This document shows positions 10,135-18,690 of a stretch of DNA of 33,277 bases, in pieces; the first letter of the stretch is position 1, and each line of letters opens with the position of its first letter. A model generated the notes under the pieces. That model saw nothing but the letters and a program-made list of their open reading frames with translations. It did no database searches and was not told the origin of the DNA. Made by a program: the position numbers and the translations under genes. Source of the stretch: a virus (Duplodnaviria > Heunggongvirae > Uroviricota > Caudoviricetes); the IMG/VR virus record IMGVR_UViG_2778261295_000004; one strand, written 5' to 3'.

Positions 10135-10569
10135 TCAGACTTCTGGTGATAAAGGCCAGACTATATCCGGGGCATCACTTACATTAATATTTTCAAGTAA
10201 CTCAAGATAATCCAGCATCGCATTAAATCTGGTTGTCTCCATTTCGTTCAGCCTGCCAAGCTGTAATTTTGATGGCCATTGTTTTTCATTAATCAGGTTG
10301 TTAGCCTCATTAATGCGCATCTGTTTCATCATTTCTGCCTGTTCCACCTGTTCCTCATGGGTCAATGGTGGACGTTCTTCCCATGATGGCTGGTTATCAG
10401 TGCCTGCAACCATTTTGTACCCTTCCCGATAACCAAGATAAAACTCCTGATAGACTGCATCACTTACCTCAATACAGTCATCCGGCCACGCATCGAGAGC
10501 ATCGTAATAATCAGATTTCAGTTCACTGTTATAAAATGCATTTCTTGATGGACTGTAAAAATAACTCAT
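10135..10569 (-). CDS. G: Tail fibre assembly protein G
   Basis: ORF immediately after tail fibre H; start refined to the ATG overlapping the H stop (TGATG); table ORF extends to 10602. Confidence 0.8.
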   Translation of the reverse strand: MSYFYSPSRNAFYNSELKSDYYDALDAWPDDCIEVSDAVYQEFYLGYREGYKMVAGTDNQPSWEERPPLTHEEQVEQAEMMKQMRINEANNLINEKQWPSKLQLGRLNEMETTRFNAMLDYLELLENINVSDAPDIVWPLSPEV

Positions 10570-12299
10570 CAGACCCCCTCCGCAATAAACCCAATATTCC
10601 ATCCACCGTTATCTCCGGTGATGCTCAGAGTAAAGCCAGTTGCAGTAATAGCTGTAATGGCGACACCCTCAACACTCCCACCGTGTGGCGAACGGAAAAC
10701 GGGGATCACGTACCAGCACTGACGGGCAAATGGTGTCGGAAAATTCACCTGATACTCTTTATTCACCACACCAGTTGCCCCGGGAAAATAACTGTTAAAA
10801 AACTGCTTCAGCACACCGCCAGTTATTCGGTGATAATTGCTGCCAAATGAAAATTCATCTTCACAAACACCCCGACGCCATAGTGTTGTATTGTCTTTAA
10901 CCGTATCAGAGCCGCTGAAACGGTGATACATTTCCCCTGCTCCGGTGATGAAAATCTGCGCGCGTCTGTTCTTGTTATACGCAGCCTGAAAACCTGCACC
11001 ATTCGATGGCACTTCATCTGCATTACCTGAATATGCAAGAAACTGTGAAACCTCACCCATTTCGTAGTTATTATTGCTACCGATTCCGTATGCTCCCTGT
11101 TGCAGAGCACTTTCAGCCTTATCAACCGTCGGTTTAAGTCCCAGATTCTGAATAAACAAAGTCGGGTCAGGAATATCAGCACCATTGCGGTCCTTTGCCA
11201 GTCTCGCGCTGGCGTTGTCCATCGCAATTTTTACCGCTTTCAATGTCGCCGCAACATTTTCTGACACGCTGTTTACATCGTTCCCCAGTTGCACCATTCC
11301 TTTAACACTCACTGATGCTTCTGGATAATGTGCACTGGTGAACACCTGATTCCACGGTGTTTCATCATCGGCAATTTTCGATAACATGCTGAATCGACAG
11401 TACATCTTGCCATCATTAGCGACATAAATCTGTGCACGTCGATTGTCGTTGTAACAGGCCTGGAAACCAGCACCATGTGTTGGCACTTCTGGATAGCCGA
11501 CAGCTGTACCATAAGCAAAAAATTGCGATTTGGTTCCCATGGTTTTCAGATAAGCCAGGCCAATTCCATAATCTCCTGGCTGAATCGCTGATGCAGCTTT
11601 ATCAACAGTCGTTTTCAATCCCAGATTCTGAACAAACAGTGCCGGATTGGGAATATCAGAACCATTGCGGTCTTTTGCCAGTCTGGCGCTGGCATTATCC
11701 ATCGCTATTTTCACTGCTTTTGGCGTTGCAGCGACTGTTTCATCATTGCTTTCCACACCGCTATACAGACGTACAAATCCCTTTTCTGTCAAAGACGCAG
11801 AAGGATGGAGGCGCGATTGCTCATGAATTTCTATTTGTTGATCTACATAATGACGGGTTGCCAGCACGACAGCAGGGTCGATTTTCAGGGTGATATTGTC
11901 CGTACTGCTGGTAATCAGCACCATGCGCACGGTCTGGGTGCGCCCGCTGCCTTCAGCCAGTTGTGGCTTATAGCTTTCCGGGCAGTTGCCCACGGCAATC
12001 AATGCCCCGGACTCATCAAACAGGCCCACTTCACGTATCCACCAACCGCCCTCGTTTTCTGGGATCACCTGTTCGGCAATAATCTGGCTGCTGTTCTGCG
12101 GGTCGATATAGAGCATATTCAGCGCAGCCCGGCGTTTCTCATTTACCAATGCTGTCTGCTTTGCGTCCGGCGTTGGCAATGTTCCGCCGCCATCGCCGAC
12201 CGCCATATGGGTAATTTTTAAAGGCACACCGAGCGCGGCGGCGCTGGCAAGTTTCGCCGCGCCAATATCCGTCAGCAGGGTATAAAATTTTGTGCTCAT
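10569..12299 (-). CDS. H: Tail fibre protein H
   Basis: 576-aa ORF after baseplate gene I; N-terminus has the conserved P2-like tail fibre anchor region; C-terminal half contains a tandemly duplicated module. Confidence 0.85.
   Translation of the reverse strand: MSTKFYTLLTDIGAAKLASAAALGVPLKITHMAVGDGGGTLPTPDAKQTALVNEKRRAALNMLYIDPQNSSQIIAEQVIPENEGGWWIREVGLFDESGALIAVGNCPESYKPQLAEGSGRTQTVRMVLITSSTDNITLKIDPAVVLATRHYVDQQIEIHEQSRLHPSASLTEKGFVRLYSGVESNDETVAATPKAVKIAMDNASARLAKDRNGSDIPNPALFVQNLGLKTTVDKAASAIQPGDYGIGLAYLKTMGTKSQFFAYGTAVGYPEVPTHGAGFQACYNDNRRAQIYVANDGKMYCRFSMLSKIADDETPWNQVFTSAHYPEASVSVKGMVQLGNDVNSVSENVAATLKAVKIAMDNASARLAKDRNGADIPDPTLFIQNLGLKPTVDKAESALQQGAYGIGSNNNYEMGEVSQFLAYSGNADEVPSNGAGFQAAYNKNRRAQIFITGAGEMYHRFSGSDTVKDNTTLWRRGVCEDEFSFGSNYHRITGGVLKQFFNSYFPGATGVVNKEYQVNFPTPFARQCWYVIPVFRSPHGGSVEGVAITAITATGFTLSITGDNGGWNIGFIAEGV
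10905..11300. repeat. Tandem duplicated module inside tail fibre gene H, copy 2 (approximate bounds)
   Basis: Second occurrence of the same roughly 130-aa module, diverged in sequence from copy 1. Confidence 0.6.
11370..11760. repeat. Tandem duplicated module inside tail fibre gene H, copy 1 (approximate bounds)
   Basis: Protein segment ...AVKIAMDNASARLAKDRNG(S/A)DIP(N/D)P(A/T)LF(V/I)QNLGLK...GAGFQA.YN.NRRAQI... occurs twice in gpH; this is the first occurrence in the protein. Confidence 0.6.
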
Positions 12300-12901
12300 G
12301 GATTCACTCTCATTGTGTCAATAACATGGACCGCCCCACCTTCATGCGCGGTGCCGCCGGAAATAATTGTTTCGTTGATATACGGATAGATCGTGATTTC
12401 TTCGCCAAGATAGCTGGCGGCCCCCACCCAATGCGGACCGCTGGTCTGCAGATTGATGGACATGCCGATCATGTGACGGCTACATGGTTTGGCATCGCTT
12501 ATCAGCCGCTCAAGTTCCAGATAGGTATCTTCAGTGATGCCCTGGTCCTGCACGCCGATATCCAGACGAAACGTGCCCGGTGCCTCTCCGGTCTGCCACC
12601 ACTCAATAATGCGGATCAGAAAGCCGAACGGCTCCACCACCCGCCGCACGGCACTGGTGGTCCCTTTATGCTGATGAATATAAAAAGCATCCTTCACCAC
12701 CTGGCGCTTGACGCTTTCTGTCCAGCCTTCGTCCCAGCGATCCACAGAGAACGCCCAGGCGAGATAAGGCAGGAAGCTGACCGGGCAGGTAGCCGGATTC
12801 CACAAGTCACGCAGCGGCAACTGCAGATCAGAAATCCCGCTACAGGTCTGCGCCAGTCGGCGCTCCAGTGAAGTTGACCCCGATGGCAGCAGACTATTCA
12901 T
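12296..12901 (-). CDS. I: Baseplate assembly protein I
   Basis: 201-aa ORF between J and H; ATGA overlap with the H start. Confidence 0.85.
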   Translation of the reverse strand: MNSLLPSGSTSLERRLAQTCSGISDLQLPLRDLWNPATCPVSFLPYLAWAFSVDRWDEGWTESVKRQVVKDAFYIHQHKGTTSAVRRVVEPFGFLIRIIEWWQTGEAPGTFRLDIGVQDQGITEDTYLELERLISDAKPCSRHMIGMSINLQTSGPHWVGAASYLGEEITIYPYINETIISGGTAHEGGAVHVIDTMRVNP

Positions 12902-13802
12902 CCGTTCCCCCGTTGGTCACGCTCCACTCCGTACATGATGCCGCCTGCGTTTTGTTCAAAACCACATCCGCCAGCGGCGAAGCCAGCTCCACACGCTGCA
13001 CACCCTCAACATGCAGGGCGGCAAAGATGGCGCTACGGCGAATATCCCGACCAAGACGCGTCTGACTGGCGATGTACTTCTGCAGGCTGGCTTTTGCCGC
13101 TGCCATTACCGGCTCTGCTTCCGGTCCCGGATAGAGAAAAATGGTGGCTTCCACGCGATACGGGATGATTTCTGCGCTGCGAACCGTCAGACGGTCAGCC
13201 ACCGGGCGGACGTTCTCACTGTTCAGAGCTTTTTCCACCACGTCCAGCAGGTCTTTTTCTGCAGTTCCATCGCCTTCGCGGCTAAGGACAGTCAGCACCA
13301 CCTCTGCAGGTGCCGGGCTGGTTGCACTGGCATCCGCCACCCGACCGTCGGCGCTTCGGGCATGAAATTCATAAGCTGCAGTTGGCCCCGCAACAGAAAG
13401 CCCTTCAAAGGCTGCAGGCACACGCAGGCGTAACGCTTCATCGCTTTCCATCACAGCTGCAACGGGCGGCACAGCATCATTATCAGCAGGCGTCACCGTC
13501 AGGCGTGTCACGTTGTAGTTGGCAGCGAGCTGGTCAAGATCGCCGCCCATCGCGTAAGCCACCATCACCGCCTGCGCGGCTTCGTTAATGCGCTGGCGCA
13601 GAAGCAACTCACGGTAAGCGTTCTCCTGCAACAATTTAGTGACGGGTTCAGATTCCAGTTCCAGCGTTCGGATCACGGCTTCCTGCTCATCTTTCGGATG
13701 AAGCGCCACAAATTCTGCCTTGCGTTCGGCAAGCAGCGTCTCAAAGTCCGGCACATCCACAATCTGCGGTGCAGGCAACTGCGAAAGGTCAATCACTGCC
13801 AT
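12894..13802 (-). CDS. J: Baseplate protein J
   Basis: Start refined to ATG (MAVIDLSQLPAP...) with an upstream AGGAG; the table ORF begins at an upstream GTG (13841). Confidence 0.85.
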   Translation of the reverse strand: MAVIDLSQLPAPQIVDVPDFETLLAERKAEFVALHPKDEQEAVIRTLELESEPVTKLLQENAYRELLLRQRINEAAQAVMVAYAMGGDLDQLAANYNVTRLTVTPADNDAVPPVAAVMESDEALRLRVPAAFEGLSVAGPTAAYEFHARSADGRVADASATSPAPAEVVLTVLSREGDGTAEKDLLDVVEKALNSENVRPVADRLTVRSAEIIPYRVEATIFLYPGPEAEPVMAAAKASLQKYIASQTRLGRDIRRSAIFAALHVEGVQRVELASPLADVVLNKTQAASCTEWSVTNGGTDE

Positions 13803-14148
13803 TCTCTGCTCCTGTTGATACGGAAAGGGACACAGGCACACCGTTATTCCGCCGCCCGGTCAGCTCCACCACCATAGAACCGTCAAAGTTGCTGTTGATG
13901 GTGATGGAATCCAGCGTCAGCCGTGGCTCCCAGCGACTCAGCGCCACATACACTGCCGACATGACCTGCAGGCGTAATGCCGGATTTTGTGGCTGATCTA
14001 TTAAAACCGACAGGAGGGAACCATATTCCCGGCGGGCAATACGGCTACCCTGCGGTGTCAGCAGAATGTCCCGCACCGACTGGCGCAGATGATCAATATC
14101 AGTAATGACTTTGCCGCTGGTATTGTTCATCCCGCTATAAAGCGTCAT
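13789..14148 (-). CDS. W: Baseplate protein W
   Basis: 119-aa ORF; ATGA overlap with the V stop; GGAGG Shine-Dalgarno upstream. Confidence 0.85.
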   Translation of the reverse strand: MTLYSGMNNTSGKVITDIDHLRQSVRDILLTPQGSRIARREYGSLLSVLIDQPQNPALRLQVMSAVYVALSRWEPRLTLDSITINSNFDGSMVVELTGRRNNGVPVSLSVSTGAENGSD

Positions 14149-14723
14149 ACCGGGCCTCCGGTTGTATCGCCGCCTTTCAGGACGCCAGTATGCTGATGCG
14201 CATCAACCACGATCCCGTTAGAACTCATCGCTCCGCCGCCCTGGGTAACGCCACCATTGATCACCACTTCGCTGTTAATGCGCGTGCGGTCAGCCTCCAG
14301 TACAAACTCACTGGTTTTCATGGTGATGTTGTCAGCAGCCTCAATGACCATTGATTTGATGCCCCTGACATACCAGCGCCCGGTGGCGGGTTCGTATTCA
14401 AACCAGCCACCGTCAGGATGTTCTGTCACGCAGGCGTCCGCCGACGTCGACGGTGGTGCGAACTGATTCGAATAGACAGCGGGCAGCGCAAAGGCGGTTT
14501 CCAGATTGCCGCCCAGACTCAGCAGCACCACCTGCTCACCTTCCGATGGTCGCCACCATGTACGGGCATTCCCGGCACGCAGCGTCAGCCAGCTGATCCA
14601 GTTGGTTTCAAGCTCGCCCGTTTTCACCCGGCAAAGCCAGTTTTCCCTGTCCACTTCGGTGACTACCCCTGTGCGGATCAGGTTGGTGATAAGGCGCATG
14701 ATTTCGGTTAATTGTGCGTTCAT
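14145..14723 (-). CDS. V: Baseplate spike/assembly protein V
   Basis: 192-aa ORF at the head of the V-W-J-I-H-G operon. Confidence 0.85.
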   Translation of the reverse strand: MNAQLTEIMRLITNLIRTGVVTEVDRENWLCRVKTGELETNWISWLTLRAGNARTWWRPSEGEQVVLLSLGGNLETAFALPAVYSNQFAPPSTSADACVTEHPDGGWFEYEPATGRWYVRGIKSMVIEAADNITMKTSEFVLEADRTRINSEVVINGGVTQGGGAMSSNGIVVDAHQHTGVLKGGDTTGGPV

Positions 14724-14769
14724 AGGGAAAGGTTGCCATCAGGGGAAGAAAGGCGGCAGTGCTGCAACT

Positions 14770-14787
14770 TGTATCAGTGCTGATACA
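14770..14787. promoter_or_regulatory. TGT-N12-ACA dyad upstream of V (candidate Ogr-dependent late promoter element)
   Basis: Near-palindromic tgt-atcagtgctgat-aca in the 68-bp gap between the S stop and the V start. Confidence 0.45.
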
Positions 14788-14791
14788 AAGA

Positions 14792-15238
14792 TCACCCCGC
14801 CAGCCATTGCAGAATCATGTCACGGGTCATTGCCTCAACATCATCATTTACACCCAGAAGGCGACGCTCTGCGTAACGCACCTCCGGTCCCTTACGACTG
14901 ACGCGATCTCGCAGGCCGTAATGGTGAACGCGGGCAATGCGCTGCACCTTGCCTTCAAACTGCACGCTGGCAGAGTCGGTGCTGGCGGCAGTTTTCAGGT
15001 ATTTTGTGGTGCGCAGCTTTGCAAACATCTGACGTTTGATACGGCCTTTTTTACTGCGTGCTGTTACCCGTCGCGGTTCATAGCTGCTGCCGTCAGGGTT
15101 GCGCTGCATCCTGATATTCTGCTGCTGTGTCCGGCGAAGTTCCTGCGCCAGCTGGCGCATCATGCGGCTTCTCGTGGCTGGTTCCAGATTCGCCAGCAAG
15201 GCACTCAGCCAGTCGTCCACCTTCTGCAGTTCAGCCAC
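14792..15238 (-). CDS. S: Tail completion protein S
   Basis: 148-aa ORF with GTG start overlapping the end of R; P2 order R-S-V. Confidence 0.8.
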   Translation of the reverse strand: MAELQKVDDWLSALLANLEPATRSRMMRQLAQELRRTQQQNIRMQRNPDGSSYEPRRVTARSKKGRIKRQMFAKLRTTKYLKTAASTDSASVQFEGKVQRIARVHHYGLRDRVSRKGPEVRYAERRLLGVNDDVEAMTRDMILQWLAG

Positions 15239-15662
15239 GTTTCACCGTCCACATTTCTTCAGGTGCATCAGGTTCCGCTATAGCTTCAACGCTCGACACA
15301 CTGCCGTCAGTGCTGACCAGCACACGCTCCGTCAGTTGCAGGTTCAGGCTGATATCACAGACATCGTTGCGCAGAATATCCACCTCAAAGGTGAATAGCT
15401 TTTCCCGTAACGCCGGGTTATTGATGGCATCGGGCTGGTTATCCCTCAGCCACAGCAAAACCGGGGCCATCAGCAGATTCTGGTCGCCGCTGAAATCCTC
15501 AATCACCGCGTTCAGTGTGTAACGGTACTCCCACGACATGGAGCTGGCTCCCGTGGCAACCAGCGAACCGTTATCCACAAACAGATGCAGTTTGTCCGGG
15601 TTATTGCGGACATAAGGCACCGCTTTATTGAGGGCGTGGCGCAGGGATTGTGGTTTGTTCAC
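15231..15662 (-). CDS. R: Tail completion protein R
   Basis: Start refined to an in-frame GTG preceded by AGGAG; the table ORF starts at an upstream TTG (15683). Confidence 0.8.
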   Translation of the reverse strand: MNKPQSLRHALNKAVPYVRNNPDKLHLFVDNGSLVATGASSMSWEYRYTLNAVIEDFSGDQNLLMAPVLLWLRDNQPDAINNPALREKLFTFEVDILRNDVCDISLNLQLTERVLVSTDGSVSSVEAIAEPDAPEEMWTVKRG

Positions 15663-15915
15663 TGTTTCGCTCCTGACACGCAATAATCATGTCCACTTTG
15701 TCTGCACAGACCGCCCAGGCGGCCTCCGTTTCATCCAGCAACGCGTTCAGATCACCGTTAGTGCGCGGCGTTGCCTGATCCAGCCGACACGGCGTCACTC
15801 GCGGACAACCACTGACGGTAAGCCATACCTCCGGTGAGTGCCGGACGTTTCCGCAGCCGGATAATGTCAGCAGGCAAAGGAGTATCAGCCCAGCGGCGTA
15901 AATCCTCGTTCTCAC
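15625..15915 (-). CDS. lysC: Outer-membrane spanin lipoprotein LysC (Rz1-like)
   Basis: 96-aa ORF with signal peptide and lipobox LTLSG-C; begins inside lysB in another frame and runs past its end; GTG start. Confidence 0.7.
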   Translation of the reverse strand: MRTRIYAAGLILLCLLTLSGCGNVRHSPEVWLTVSGCPRVTPCRLDQATPRTNGDLNALLDETEAAWAVCADKVDMIIACQERNSEQTTIPAPRPQ

Positions 15916-16186
15916 GTTTCAGTTCCTCGATCCGGTGTTGTCGTTGTCTCAGCAGCGTGCTGGTCTGTTCTGCTTCGGCATAGAGCCGCGCCTGCTCCCG
16001 GTTATTGGTTTCAGTCAGAATGGACAGGCTGATAAGCTGGCTATTGCTCTTTGCCAGTGCCTGGCTTTTGCTCTGCAGCTCGTCTGCCTGCGTGCTGATG
16101 GTCTGGCTGGCATCAGCCAGCCGCCACGTCTGCCAGCCCAGCGCCGCCAGTAATAACGTCAGCACAACCAGCGGCAACCGGTTCAT
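15758..16186 (-). CDS. lysB: Inner-membrane spanin LysB (Rz-like)
   Basis: 142-aa ORF with N-terminal TM segment and charged coiled-coil-like remainder; ATGA overlap with lysA. Confidence 0.75.
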   Translation of the reverse strand: MNRLPLVVLTLLLAALGWQTWRLADASQTISTQADELQSKSQALAKSNSQLISLSILTETNNREQARLYAEAEQTSTLLRQRQHRIEELKRENEDLRRWADTPLPADIIRLRKRPALTGGMAYRQWLSASDAVSAGSGNAAH

Positions 16187-16560
16187 GCTGCTACCTGTTG
16201 CGCCATCTGATTACGGGTGATCCAGAAGGCAATAACGGTCAGCAGATAAAAGACCAGGGTAATAGCCCACCCCGTCCAGGCGAGACTTACAACAATCAGC
16301 AATCGCATCACCCAACTGGTAAATACGTTTTCTTTTCGGGTAATTGTCTTCAGCAAAGATACCCTTAACTCCTGCCAGAGCGGGCCATTCTTAATTAACG
16401 CAGCCAGTGCTACCGGAATTACCGCCCATGTCAGCAAACAGGCTACCCAAACGCCGGACGCTGCCAGTACCGGAAAAATCCCCTGCGGATACACCATTGC
16501 TGCGATTAACAGCGCTATCCATAACATCAGAAACAGTCCGCTGATTAATTTCTTTTTCAT
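16183..16560 (-). CDS. lysA: Lysis accessory membrane protein LysA
   Basis: Multi-TM small protein; start refined to internal ATG (MKKKLISG...) with GGGAG upstream, one base after the K stop; table ORF extends to 16632. Confidence 0.7.
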   Translation of the reverse strand: MKKKLISGLFLMLWIALLIAAMVYPQGIFPVLAASGVWVACLLTWAVIPVALAALIKNGPLWQELRVSLLKTITRKENVFTSWVMRLLIVVSLAWTGWAITLVFYLLTVIAFWITRNQMAQQVAA

Positions 16561-16561
16561 T

Positions 16562-17074
16562 TCAGTTTGCTCCCTGTAAACACCAGGCCATCTCCCGCGC
16601 ACGGCGGTTATCCAGCCCCTGATTAAACACACCTTTCACATAAACCCAGCGCGGCAACTGTCGGCACGCATCCGCCCAGCGCCGCTGATTGAGCAATTTC
16701 ACCAGCGTGGAGCTGCAGGCATTGCCTGTCCCCACGTTGAAGGCAAACGACACCACCGAGTCATACACCTTTTGTGGCGGCTGTTGCTTCACACATCTTT
16801 CCAGCGCCCGCTCCACACGCAGCACGTTGGAGATAAGCCCTTCTGCTGCCTGTCGTTCCGTAATAATTTTGCCGGGAATGACGCCCGACGTATTACCAAT
16901 GCCGTCGGTCCAGACACCCGCGCTGCACTGATACGGCTGCAGACGACAGCCTTCGTAATCGGCGATCAGTTTCAGTCCCTCCACGGAGGTGTGAAGCTGC
17001 TGAAACCCCGGCAGCGTGGCAGCAATAGCCAGCACGGCCCCGACAAGGCAGCGTTTAACGATTGATGGATTCAT
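16562..17074 (-). CDS. K: Endolysin K (T4-lysozyme-like muramidase with N-terminal hydrophobic SAR-like segment)
   Basis: 170-aa ORF; E...D...T catalytic spacing in LIADYEGCRLQPYQCSAGVWTDGIGNT; hydrophobic N-terminus. Confidence 0.85.
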   Translation of the reverse strand: MNPSIVKRCLVGAVLAIAATLPGFQQLHTSVEGLKLIADYEGCRLQPYQCSAGVWTDGIGNTSGVIPGKIITERQAAEGLISNVLRVERALERCVKQQPPQKVYDSVVSFAFNVGTGNACSSTLVKLLNQRRWADACRQLPRWVYVKGVFNQGLDNRRAREMAWCLQGAN

Positions 17075-17270
17075 AGTCCTCCCGCGAGATCTGCCCGTCG
17101 CGCAGAAGCTGGTAGGCTTTGTGTTTGTAGTACCAGTTGATAGCCAGCATCAGCACACCGATCATCAGGCCGCCCAGCGTTGAGGCATCCTTGATGGACA
17201 AATCGCCCAGCCAGGCCAGCACGACGGCGATGCAATACGTGATAAAGGCGCTGATTCGCTCAAGCGTCAT
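17055..17270 (-). CDS. Y: Holin
   Basis: 71-aa ORF with two hydrophobic segments and a charged C-terminus, immediately upstream of the endolysin. Confidence 0.7.
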   Translation of the reverse strand: MTLERISAFITYCIAVVLAWLGDLSIKDASTLGGLMIGVLMLAINWYYKHKAYQLLRDGQISREDYESINR

Positions 17271-17273
17271 AAT

Positions 17274-17477
17274 TCAGTCCCATAGCTGGACGGTCTGCAC
17301 GGTGGTGGTCGTCGGAATGTCCGGCAGCTCCACCTGCAGCCCGTGAGGTAAAAAGGGGCTGTATTCGGCAAGCCCCGGATTTGCCTTCAGTACCTGCTCC
17401 GTGACACCCTGCGTGCGCCCGTAATGACGCCAGCAAAGTGCGTCCACCGTGTCATACTGATGCGCACGCACTTTCAT
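17274..17477 (-). CDS. X: Tail protein X
   Basis: 67-aa ORF; ATGA overlap with L; position L-X-holin. Confidence 0.8.
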   Translation of the reverse strand: MKVRAHQYDTVDALCWRHYGRTQGVTEQVLKANPGLAEYSPFLPHGLQVELPDIPTTTTVQTVQLWD

Positions 17478-17941
17478 CAGATAAGCTCCACTGTGCAGTG
17501 CGGCGCATCCTGCACCCGGCTGATGGCCCAGCGGGCGTCACGCCATAAATCACCGCTTGCTTCCGCCAGTTCCTCGCCTCGCTTCGCACCGGATGCCGTG
17601 GCGTCATAGTCCTGGTAACGTTCGTTGAGCATGGCGCGTGCCCAGCAGTAAACCGCGTTGAAATAGTGCTGAATGCGCTCGCTTTTGCCGTCCAGTTGTT
17701 CCGCCGGGACTTCTGCCAGCGAGGCATACCCCAGCATCTGCTGGCGTCTGCGAAACTCATACAGCTCTGCGTTGACCTCCGAAATTGCCGACAGCGCAAC
17801 CTGCTTTAAACGCGGCTGCGTCACCGTGCCGTCAGTGCGCATGACACTGCGAAACTCCGACAGGTCCACATCAGGCCAGAACGGCGTATTTCTAATGATT
17901 TCCGCCTGTTCCGGTGCCTGTTCTGGCGCAACAAACTTCAT
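17477..17941 (-). CDS. L: Head completion protein L
   Basis: Start placed at ATG 17941 preceded by AGGAGA; an alternative GTG start at 18004 (table ORF) lacks a clear Shine-Dalgarno. Confidence 0.8.
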   Translation of the reverse strand: MKFVAPEQAPEQAEIIRNTPFWPDVDLSEFRSVMRTDGTVTQPRLKQVALSAISEVNAELYEFRRRQQMLGYASLAEVPAEQLDGKSERIQHYFNAVYCWARAMLNERYQDYDATASGAKRGEELAEASGDLWRDARWAISRVQDAPHCTVELI

Positions 17942-18036
17942 GCTGCTTTCTCCTGAAATAAAGGGCGGTGGACGGGGTTTTGATGTGGCAGTGCCTTTCG
18001 CCACCCCGTGCCGCCCGTGCGCGGGGGCACGTTCTG

Positions 18037-18687
18037 TCAGCGGCTGTCATTGCGCAGTCTGCGCTCCAGCTGCTGTTTGTCTTTTTTCACGCCACAGCGG
18101 GGATCGAGCTGTAACGCATGGTTGAGATGATTAAGGGCGGAAGCCGGATTGCTTTCACTCAGGACAGCGCCAATCGCTTTATGCAGACGCGCCCGTGACT
18201 GGTCCGGCATATCCAGACCGTCTGTCAGCTCCAGCGTCTGCAGCAACAGATCGACATCAAAGCCGGTGGCGGCAAGCATTGCGCTCTGCGCAGCGTCTGC
18301 CATTTCCTCTGCCAGCACGGTCTGCACATTGCGATTACCCAGCGGCATCACCCAGCCATGACGCAGGGCATGACGCCCGATCTGCAGCGCCCCGGCATAA
18401 TCTCCGGCATCAATGCGCCACAGCATCACGTACATCAGCACGTCATCCTGTTGAGCGCCTCCGGCAGCCAGGACACCCTCTGCCCAGGCGGCGTATTTCG
18501 GCAGCAGCTCCACCTTGATTTCCGCTTTTTTGACCGTGGACTGAACGCCCTTGAGACGGCGGCGGTCTTCCGCCAGTTGCAGCAGCATCAGGTCATAGCC
18601 CGACGCGTGGCGAACACTGCCACCCTCGCGGGCGGCCTGTTCAGCCTGAACGCGCAGGCGATGCTGCCGTGCGGGACTCAGGCTCAT
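18037..18687 (-). CDS. M: Terminase endonuclease (small) subunit M
   Basis: 216-aa ORF after capsid gene N; P2 order O-N-M-L. Confidence 0.85.
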   Translation of the reverse strand: MSLSPARQHRLRVQAEQAAREGGSVRHASGYDLMLLQLAEDRRRLKGVQSTVKKAEIKVELLPKYAAWAEGVLAAGGAQQDDVLMYVMLWRIDAGDYAGALQIGRHALRHGWVMPLGNRNVQTVLAEEMADAAQSAMLAATGFDVDLLLQTLELTDGLDMPDQSRARLHKAIGAVLSESNPASALNHLNHALQLDPRCGVKKDKQQLERRLRNDSR

Positions 18688-18690
18688 GAA

